In this document: one piece after another, positions 56,522 through 64,000 of the stretch
How positions within the stretch are numbered: position 1 is the first letter of the stretch
Layout: each line of letters begins with the position of its first letter
Origin: an uncultured cyanobacterium
Lineage (GTDB): Bacteria; Cyanobacteriota; Cyanobacteriia; Pseudanabaenales; Pseudanabaenaceae
Assembly (NCBI GenBank): GCA_963703315.1
Contig: OY969811.1
Span: 3,488,001 to 3,552,000, forward strand
Direction: 5' to 3'
DNA length: 64,000 nucleotides
The notes under the pieces: model-generated
Seen by the model: only the letters and a program-made list of their open reading frames with translations
What the model was told of the DNA's origin: nothing
The model's database searches: none
Translations under genes and position numbers: made by a program

Positions 56522-57818
56522 ACTATTATCTGAAAATAATTTTGAACCTGTTTTAGAAGCTAAATATGGTCTACCGCTAGAAGTAAAATTTTGCAAATCC
56601 TGCGTTATCTCTAATCAACGTCCTAACTCTGCGGTTGAGTATAGCCATACCAAAGACAGTAAAAAGAAAACCATCCACTTTGATAGCAATGGTATTTGTG
56701 ATGCTTGCCATACTGCTCAGCAAAAAAAGACACAAATTAACTGGCAAGAACGGGAACAAGAGTTAAAAGATTTATGCGATCGCCATCGTAGTCAAGATGG
56801 TTCATATGATTGCATTTTGCCTGGATCTGGAGGGAAAGATAGTTTTTATGCTGCCCATATTCTTAAGTATAAATACAATATGCATCCTCTGACAGTCACT
56901 TGGGCTCCACATAGCTACACAAAATGGGGCTGGGAAAACTTTCAAGCTTGGATTCACGCGGGATTTGATAACTACCTTTGTACACCAAATGGTCGTATTC
57001 ATAGACTCCTAACCCGATTGGCGGTAGAAAATCTTTTTCATCCTTTCCAACCATTCATTATCGGACAGAAAGCATTAGCTCCCAAAATGGCTATATTACA
57101 TAAGATTCCATTAGTTTTTTACGGTGAGAACGAAGCAGAATATGGCAATCCTATCTCTGATAATCAAGGAGCTAAGAGAGATTGGTCTTACTTTACTGCC
57201 GAGGATAGATCAAAAATTTATTTAGGTGGCACTTCAGTGCAGGATCTAGAAAAACATTTTGATGTCCAAGCGAATGACCTGCAACCTTACCTACCTGCTA
57301 ATCCAGAAGAAATAACAAAGCAAGGAGTAGAAGTTCATTACCTTGGCTATTACCTAAAATGGCATCCTCAAAGTTGCTATTACTATGCTGTAGAACATGG
57401 AGGATTTCAGGCTTCGCCCGAACGTACACCTGGAACATACAGCAAATACAATAGCATTGATGACATGATAGATGACTTGCACTATTACACAACTTTTATC
57501 AAGTTTGGCATCGGACGTGCAACCTATGATGCATCTCAAGAAATTCGTTCTGGCGATATCACTCGCGAAGAAGGTATAGCACTTGTCAAACGATTTGATG
57601 GTGAGTTCCCCGAACGATTCATCGATCAAATTTTTCGCTATCTGAGCATTGACTCTAAGGAGTTTCCTAAAGCCTCAACAATGTTCGAGCAAGCAGAAAT
57701 GGATCGCAGCTACTTTATGCAGCTTACTGATCGTTTTCGTTCACCACATCTTTGGCAACAAAAGCATGGAGAATGGAAACTGCGCCATACAGTCTGGTCT
57801 AGTTTAGAAGAGAATTAA
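56508..57818 (+). CDS. N-acetyl sugar amidotransferase (WbuX/PseA/PtmG family)
   Basis: CKSC...C..C, PP-loop SGGKDS, YGENEAEYG, KFGIGRA. Confidence 0.9.
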   Translation: MPQSELLSENNFEPVLEAKYGLPLEVKFCKSCVISNQRPNSAVEYSHTKDSKKKTIHFDSNGICDACHTAQQKKTQINWQEREQELKDLCDRHRSQDGSYDCILPGSGGKDSFYAAHILKYKYNMHPLTVTWAPHSYTKWGWENFQAWIHAGFDNYLCTPNGRIHRLLTRLAVENLFHPFQPFIIGQKALAPKMAILHKIPLVFYGENEAEYGNPISDNQGAKRDWSYFTAEDRSKIYLGGTSVQDLEKHFDVQANDLQPYLPANPEEITKQGVEVHYLGYYLKWHPQSCYYYAVEHGGFQASPERTPGTYSKYNSIDDMIDDLHYYTTFIKFGIGRATYDASQEIRSGDITREEGIALVKRFDGEFPERFIDQIFRYLSIDSKEFPKASTMFEQAEMDRSYFMQLTDRFRSPHLWQQKHGEWKLRHTVWSSLEEN

Positions 57819-57820
57819 CT

Positions 57821-58579
57821 ATGATTAGTAATCGCCTTATCGCTCGGCTGGATGTGAAAGGAAGCAAACTTATTAAAGGTATTCATCTTGAAGGCTTACG
57901 TGTTATAGGCGATCCACAAGAGTTTGCTCGTCACTATTATGAGGCAGGAGCAGATGAACTGATTTATATGGATGCTGTGGCAAGCCTTTATGGTCGAAAT
58001 AGTTTAACGGAAATCATCAAACATACTGCCCAAAATATTTTTATTCCACTCACTGTCGGAGGAGGGGTGCGTTCTCTTGATGATGTTAAGAAACTTCTAC
58101 GTTATGGGGCAGATAAAATCGCTATTAATACCGCCGCAATGCAACGTCCTGAGCTAATTACTGAAGTTGCTCGTCAGTTTGGTTCTCAGTGTATGGTTCT
58201 TTCTATTGAAGCAAAGGAAATCTCTGATGGTCGATGGGAAGCTTATACTGATAATGGTCGTGAGCATACAGGTGTTGATGTGATAGATTGGGCGCGAAAG
58301 GCAGTTGCTTTGGGCGCAGGTGAAATTTTGCTAACATCTGTAGATCGAGAGGGAACACGAAAGGGATTTGATCTCAAATTAAATCAAGCTGTGGCTGAGA
58401 CTGTATCTGTTCCAGTTATTGCCAGTGGTGGCATGGGTACAATAGAACATATGATCGAGGTAATTGAAGTGGCTAAGGTAAGTGCTATCGCAATGGCAGA
58501 TGTACTGCACTATGATCGTCTTAGTTTGCAAGCAATTCGTAAAGCCGCTATAGATCGAGGAATACACGTCAGATCCTGA
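57821..58579 (+). CDS. HisF-like cyclase-family protein (WbuZ type, glycan modification)
   Basis: IARLDVKG, TVGGG, GADKIAINTAA, GEILLTSVDREGT, IASGG; adjacent to the amidotransferase. Confidence 0.88.
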   Translation: MISNRLIARLDVKGSKLIKGIHLEGLRVIGDPQEFARHYYEAGADELIYMDAVASLYGRNSLTEIIKHTAQNIFIPLTVGGGVRSLDDVKKLLRYGADKIAINTAAMQRPELITEVARQFGSQCMVLSIEAKEISDGRWEAYTDNGREHTGVDVIDWARKAVALGAGEILLTSVDREGTRKGFDLKLNQAVAETVSVPVIASGGMGTIEHMIEVIEVAKVSAIAMADVLHYDRLSLQAIRKAAIDRGIHVRS

Positions 58580-59064
58580 TTCACTACTAGAAGACTGTCA
58601 ATCTTAATGTTGTAAGACAATCTACTCCTAAAAAGTTTGACAATCAAGATTTTCAACGTATAGCTACTCTACAAAAGACTCTTGGCGGACTACTACCAAA
58701 AGTGGAGAGGAGGAGGTAAAGTTACAGAAATTGGACTTGAGTAAAAAAGCTACTTTTAGAAGGAATCACTCCGCCGCAAGCAGGCGGGGTATCAATTTTT
58801 TTTACTAGAATATACTCATACCGCAGAGCAGTGGGGTATTTACCCTCGCAAAATGGTCGCTTCCAACTCCACCCCAATTACCAGTCCAGCGCTCTCAAAA
58901 GAACCATAGAATACACAGATCTAACTGGTAAGAAAATCAGCATTTTCGTATATGTGCTGAGAAAAATTGTTGACAAAGAATTAACTTCTCTCTAGAATTA
59001 ATTCATTTGTCAACAAAGAATTTATAAAATTTCAAAAAACTTTAGATCGAAACAAGACTCGGAT

Positions 59065-60792
59065 ATGCAAAGGATTGAAGGAATAGATAACATGCAAAGA
59101 AAAGAGATACTAATTTTTAACCCTTATGCCCTTATGCCATTCCATCTTGCAGTTGATTTAGAAATCATAAAGAAGCACCTTGATGCAGGGGATTCCATAA
59201 CAGTTTTGACCTGTGATGAAGATTTATCATCATGTTTTGCTAATCCTTTACATGATTTGTTGACCTGCCAAATTTGTATGGAAAGAAGAACACAAGGATT
59301 TAAGCTATTAGGATTTACAAATGACGTAAAGTTTTTGAATGTAGTATCTTTATCTCAAAATGATGAACAATTATTGGCAACGTTCCCCAAATATGTAAGC
59401 AATCTTCGTGAACTAAAGTCACTAAATATAGAGAGCTTTGATATAGGTTTGTGTGTAGCAGGAGATCTGATTACATATTTGAGAGAGCCATATCCCAACC
59501 CCAAAAAGCATAAAGAGTTTGTCAAGAATAACATCGAATCATCACTGAAAATATATTTGTCTATCAAAAACCATATAAGCAAGATTAAACCTGATAAGAT
59601 ATACGTATTTAACGGCAGGTTCGGGGCAGTACGACCTGTTATAAGAGCAGCACAATTATTGTCAATTGATTTTGATGTTCAAGAAAGAGCGAATGTGCAA
59701 GGCAAGTATTCATTGGTAAATGGTACATATCCTCATGATTTATCAATGTTAAAATCAGTTATTACATCAGCATGGGCTAATTCTAATCTTAAAGAGACTG
59801 ATAAAATTGAGATGGCTTCACAATGGTTTACTGAAAGAAAATCAGGAAAAGAGCAAGCTTGGTACTCTTTCACGCAATCTCAAAATGAGACACCTGATTT
59901 CATAAATAAAGACAAAATAAATATAATAATTTTTAATTCATCACAAGATGAATTTGAAACTATTGAAGGGTGGGAAAATGATGTATATAAAAGCCAAAAT
60001 CAGGGTATTTTTAAACTGGCACATGCTCTTCAGAATGATAAAAGCATAGATGTGTATCTGAGGATACACCCAAACTTACGCCATGTGAATAATAGTCAAA
60101 CGAAGCCTCTTTCCAGACTAAAAAATCGATACCAAAATTTTCATGTGATTGATGCTGATAGTCCTGTTAATTCCTATAAATTAATGGATATCGCAGACTG
60201 TATTATTACATTTGGCTCAACTATGGGAATTGAAGCTGCATTTTTTAAGAAGCCTTCATTATTGGTTGGACGTTCTTACTATGAACATCTTGATGCTTGT
60301 ACAATTATCCAATCCCATCAAGAGCTACTAGACATTATCATAAATAAGAAGTTCAGGTTGCCTGACAAAATCAAAGACAGGAGGAAGTACAATGCAAGTA
60401 AATATGGTTTTTATATGCAAACAGATGGAATTAATTTTGAAATTTTCAAACAAGACGGCGTTGAAAGAATGATTTTCAAAGATGGAAAGACACTTGAGGA
60501 ATTTCCATCTCATTTGCAGATAGTTCTATCTCAATTTCAGATAATTCTATCCCAATTACAACAATCTCAATCCCAATTACAACAATCTCAATCCCAATTA
60601 CAACAATCTCAATCCCAATTACAACAATCTCAAGACGACTATCAAAGATTGCAATTTGAATATCATAGTTTAACTCAATTAGCACAACAAACACTAATTG
60701 AAATCAATGCGATAAAAAGCAGTAAATTTTGGAAGATGCGCTTATTATGGGTTAAACTTAAAAATGTTTCTACACTAACAACTAAGCAGTAA
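59065..60792 (+). CDS. Capsule-synthesis-like protein (putative nonulosonate/glycosyl transferase) with a C-terminal heptad repeat
   Basis: VFNGRF, YLRIHP, SYKLM, FGSTMGIEAAFFKKP motifs typical of KpsS/capsule_synth-like GT-B proteins; start may be 59092. Confidence 0.7.
   Translation: MQRIEGIDNMQRKEILIFNPYALMPFHLAVDLEIIKKHLDAGDSITVLTCDEDLSSCFANPLHDLLTCQICMERRTQGFKLLGFTNDVKFLNVVSLSQNDEQLLATFPKYVSNLRELKSLNIESFDIGLCVAGDLITYLREPYPNPKKHKEFVKNNIESSLKIYLSIKNHISKIKPDKIYVFNGRFGAVRPVIRAAQLLSIDFDVQERANVQGKYSLVNGTYPHDLSMLKSVITSAWANSNLKETDKIEMASQWFTERKSGKEQAWYSFTQSQNETPDFINKDKINIIIFNSSQDEFETIEGWENDVYKSQNQGIFKLAHALQNDKSIDVYLRIHPNLRHVNNSQTKPLSRLKNRYQNFHVIDADSPVNSYKLMDIADCIITFGSTMGIEAAFFKKPSLLVGRSYYEHLDACTIIQSHQELLDIIINKKFRLPDKIKDRRKYNASKYGFYMQTDGINFEIFKQDGVERMIFKDGKTLEEFPSHLQIVLSQFQIILSQLQQSQSQLQQSQSQLQQSQSQLQQSQDDYQRLQFEYHSLTQLAQQTLIEINAIKSSKFWKMRLLWVKLKNVSTLTTKQ
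60550..60633 (+). repeat. 21-bp tandem repeat x4 encoding (SQLQQSQ)4
   Basis: TCCCAATTACAACAATCTCAA, four perfect copies, preceded by two degenerate 21-mers. Confidence 0.95.
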
Positions 60793-60802
60793 CTAAGCCA
60801 GT

Positions 60803-61732
60803 ATGAAAATATCAATTATTACAGTCTGCTATAATTCAGCCAATTGGATCAAACAATCAATTGAAAGCGTTATCAATCAAGACTACAAAGATATTGAATA
60901 CATAATTATTGATGGTAACTCCCAAGATGACACAAAGAAAATCATAGAAAATTATTCAGATAGGATTACTAGATTTATTAGTGAGCCTGATCATGGCATT
61001 TACAATGCTATGAATAAAGGAATTAAGATAGCGTCAGGAGACTATATCTATTTCTTAGGGTCAGATGATTATTTGATAGACAATCAAGTGATATCAAATG
61101 CAGTTGATTTCATTAATAAGAACCCTAAATACGAATTTATTTATGGAAATATCGAAGTGCGTTCTAGTAAAGCTCCTGCCTATATTCATAAACCTTCAAG
61201 TCCCGCATACGTTTTAGAAGAACTGATTTGTGGATGTCTTCCTCACCAAGCAAGTTTAGCTCACTCAAGTCTTTTCTGTGATCAAAAGATTGGGTTATTC
61301 AGTGAAAGATACAAATCAGCATCAGACTATGGGTGGTTTGTTAAACTAGCTGAATTTGCGACTAAAACTGGAAATGAACTGGGCTATTACGATAGGGTAT
61401 TTGCTTCCTATAACGCTGAAGGAACTTCGAGTGACATAGAAAATGCTTTGACGGAAATGTTTGACATACAGAATAATGCACCAATATATCAAGAAGATAG
61501 TTGGTTGCGATTTAGGATTGATAGGTATCAAAAAATATTAATTAGTCCTAATGGTCATTGGGGAATTAATAGAACAAAAATAGACAATAATCAAATTAAT
61601 GATTTACAAAAAACAATTGTTTGTTTACAAGAAGAAACATCTAAATCGCAGGCTCAAATTGAGGCTATGAAAAGCAGTAAATTTTGGAAATTAAGAACTT
61701 TGTGGTTCAAGTTTAGAAGAAAAACAACCTAA
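60803..61732 (+). CDS. Glycosyltransferase family 2
   Basis: ISIITVCYN, IIDGNSQD, SEPDHGIYNAMNKG, FLGSDD, HQA. Confidence 0.92.
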   Translation: MKISIITVCYNSANWIKQSIESVINQDYKDIEYIIIDGNSQDDTKKIIENYSDRITRFISEPDHGIYNAMNKGIKIASGDYIYFLGSDDYLIDNQVISNAVDFINKNPKYEFIYGNIEVRSSKAPAYIHKPSSPAYVLEELICGCLPHQASLAHSSLFCDQKIGLFSERYKSASDYGWFVKLAEFATKTGNELGYYDRVFASYNAEGTSSDIENALTEMFDIQNNAPIYQEDSWLRFRIDRYQKILISPNGHWGINRTKIDNNQINDLQKTIVCLQEETSKSQAQIEAMKSSKFWKLRTLWFKFRRKTT

Positions 61733-61816
61733 TATACCTATCTGCATTCATGTGTTTCACACATTTCAACAAAGAATATTTTTAAGTATATATCTATCTA
61801 AATCACTAACAACAAA

Positions 61817-64000
61817 ATGACTAATAATAACAATGACAACTCACAACTCAATTTTTTAATTACTCCTGAAATTAAAGATGATGAACTTTACAACATAATT
61901 AGAGAAGTTGCAGCTACATCAAATATTAAAAACATACTAGAGATTGGGTCTTCTTCTGGAGGAGGTAGTACAGAAGCTTTTGTTAGGGGAATACAAGATA
62001 ATCCATGCAAACCATCTCTACATTGCATGGAAGTATCGCAAGTTCGCTTTAATCAATTGCAGCAGACCTATTCTTATAATAGTTTTGTTAAATGTTATAA
62101 CTTGTCATCAATCGCTGTTGAAAGTTTTCCAAGTAAGTCAGAGGTAATTGAATTTTACAACAAAAATAAAACTAACCTGAATAAATATCCATTAGATGAA
62201 GTACTTAGATGGCTAGATCAAGACATTGAGTATGTTAAAAATGCTGGTGTTTCGGGAAATGGTATAAAAAAGATCAAAGACGCAAATAATATTGATTATT
62301 TTGATTTGGTATTGATAGATGGTTCTGAATTCACAGGAAATGTAGAACTAGATGAAGTATATGGCGCGAAAATAATTATTTTAGACGATGCAAACAGTTT
62401 TAAAAATTATGAATCTCACCAAAGACTATTGAAAGACGAAGACTATATTTTAGTTCGACAAAATTTTACTCTAAGAAATGGATATTCTATCTTTAAGAAA
62501 AGGGATTTAGAGCGTATTTTTTCTGAGTTGCCTATTAACTTTTTTACTATTGTTTTAAATGGAGAACCTTTTATTGAATATCACATTGAAATTTTTAAAC
62601 AACTTCCTTTTCAATGGCACTGGCATATTGTAGAAGGGGTTGCTGAGTTAAAACACGATACCGCATGGAGTATTGATTTAGGTGGAAAAGTAACAGATGA
62701 TATACACAATAAAGGTTTGAGTAAAGATGGAACGACAGAATACATAAATGCTTTAGCTCAGCAGTATCCTGAGAATATTACTATCTATAGAAAACCTGAA
62801 GGATTATTCTGGGATGGTAAAAGAGAAATGGTCGAGGCTCCTCTTCATAAAATCACAGAAGAATGTCTACTCTGGCAAGTGGATGTAGATGAGCTATGGA
62901 CAGTTGAGCAAATTTGCAAAGCAAGACAATTGTTTGTTGAAAATCCTGAAAAAACTGCTGCTTATTATTGGTGTCAATATTTTGTCGGGGAAAATTTAAT
63001 TGTTAGCACTCGTAACTGCTATAGCCAAAATCCACAACAAGAATGGTTACGAACTTGGCAATTTAAACCTGAATACACTTGGGAAGCTCATGAACCGCCT
63101 ATTTTAGTGGATTCTAACAATCAAAACGTTGCTAAAGTTAATCCTTTCTTACATGAAGAGACAGAAAAGTATGGGCTAATATTTCAGCACTATGCCTATG
63201 TTATTCCTGAGCAACTAAAATTTAAAGAAATATATTATGGATATAAGAACGCTGAATCTCAATGGCTGAAGTTACAAAAATCTGATGTCTTACCTTTGTT
63301 TTTAGGTGAATATCTGCCATGGGTAACAGATGAAACAATGGTAGATAGCGCTGAATCTTTAGGAATAGTTACTATTGCTCAGAAAAGCAATCAAAATGGT
63401 GATTGGGAGTTTTTATCGTCATTAGAAATTCAAGAGAAGTATCTCCATACAAAACAAGAGAATGTTTTCCCTGTTGTTGCTATAGATGCTGCATTTTTTC
63501 AGTTTTTAAATACAGGCATTGCTCGTGTATGGCGATCGCTATTTGAAGAATGGTTAAAGAGTGGTTTCGCAAAACATATTTTAATCTTAGATCGAGACGG
63601 AACAGCCCCTCGGATTTCAGGTATTCGCTATCGCAAAATAGCTCCTCTTGACTACAGCAAAACAGGCATTGATTCTCAAATACTCCAAAAAATATGCGAT
63701 GAAGAAGGAGTTGATATTTTTATGTCCACTTATTATACAACTCCTATTTCTACACCATCAGTATTTTTAGCTTATGACATGATTCCAGAGGTCATGAACA
63801 TTGACCTATCTATTCCTGTATGGAGAGAGAAACACTACAGTATTATTCATGCTTGTAAACACATTACTATTTCTCACAGTACTGCATCCGATGTAGCCAG
63901 ATTTTTTCCAAAAATTAATCTTGATTCTATTTCAATTGCTTATCCAGGAATCAAAGATACTTTTTCTCCAGCTTCAGAAGAAGAAATTGAGCAGTTTAAG
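61817..64000 (+). CDS. Multidomain methyltransferase-like / glycosyltransferase protein (partial; runs off the window end)
   Basis: Manual translation: MTNNNNDNSQLNFLITPEIKDD...ILEIGSSSGGGSTEAF...LIDGSEFTG; then FFTIVLNGEPFIEYH...WQVDVDE; then GT4-like TGIARVW...YDMIPE...ISHST. Absent from the ORF track because it has no stop in the window. Confidence 0.85.
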   Translation, partial: MTNNNNDNSQLNFLITPEIKDDELYNIIREVAATSNIKNILEIGSSSGGGSTEAFVRGIQDNPCKPSLHCMEVSQVRFNQLQQTYSYNSFVKCYNLSSIAVESFPSKSEVIEFYNKNKTNLNKYPLDEVLRWLDQDIEYVKNAGVSGNGIKKIKDANNIDYFDLVLIDGSEFTGNVELDEVYGAKIIILDDANSFKNYESHQRLLKDEDYILVRQNFTLRNGYSIFKKRDLERIFSELPINFFTIVLNGEPFIEYHIEIFKQLPFQWHWHIVEGVAELKHDTAWSIDLGGKVTDDIHNKGLSKDGTTEYINALAQQYPENITIYRKPEGLFWDGKREMVEAPLHKITEECLLWQVDVDELWTVEQICKARQLFVENPEKTAAYYWCQYFVGENLIVSTRNCYSQNPQQEWLRTWQFKPEYTWEAHEPPILVDSNNQNVAKVNPFLHEETEKYGLIFQHYAYVIPEQLKFKEIYYGYKNAESQWLKLQKSDVLPLFLGEYLPWVTDETMVDSAESLGIVTIAQKSNQNGDWEFLSSLEIQEKYLHTKQENVFPVVAIDAAFFQFLNTGIARVWRSLFEEWLKSGFAKHILILDRDGTAPRISGIRYRKIAPLDYSKTGIDSQILQKICDEEGVDIFMSTYYTTPISTPSVFLAYDMIPEVMNIDLSIPVWREKHYSIIHACKHITISHSTASDVARFFPKINLDSISIAYPGIKDTFSPASEEEIEQFK

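Noticed and set aside
57821..58579. Calling this gene the histidine-biosynthesis hisF
   Set aside because: Its context next to an N-acetyl sugar amidotransferase in a glycan cluster indicates the WbuZ-type paralogue.
60476..60694. Minus-strand ORF with IEIVVIG repeats
   Set aside because: Antisense reading of the 21-bp tandem repeat.
1..64000. tRNA, rRNA, CRISPR-Cas, integrase, intact transposase, retron or DGR reverse transcriptase
   Set aside because: No recognisable signatures by eye; small ncRNAs cannot be excluded without covariance-model searches.

Overview
Cyanobacterial chromosomal DNA. The HIP1 octamer GCGATCGC is abundant and genes such as crtR, PTOX, menD and Uma2 are present; the gene and repeat style suggest a Pseudanabaena-like organism (inference). 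The window has three parts. (1) A ~6.7 kb accessory island between lipA and fmt (3.05-9.76 kb). It holds about ten toxin/antitoxin-like ORFs interleaved with a decayed type I restriction-modification locus (intact hsdS, nonsense-interrupted and truncated hsdR, C-terminal hsdM remnant), plus an unknown 263-aa gene coupled to a toxin. (2) A housekeeping and signalling stretch (9.8-42 kb): fmt, PTOX, a 1421-aa acidic pentapeptide-repeat membrane protein, a gyrA/parC-type gene, ssb, crtR, thiO, menD, maf, a kinase-FGE fusion and a CheB/CheR hybrid kinase. Its intergenic spaces are full of REP-like hairpins and nested or modular MITE-like elements. (3) A surface-polysaccharide cluster (42.1-64 kb, running off the end): rfbCBDA, gmd, wzm/wzt, an apparently complete GDP-linked legionaminic-acid-type pathway with an amidotransferase and HisF-like gene, and glycosyltransferases with coiled-coil tails. 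No rRNA, tRNA, CRISPR array, integrase, intact transposase or reverse transcriptase was recognised. All family assignments come from motifs read by eye; no database search was run.
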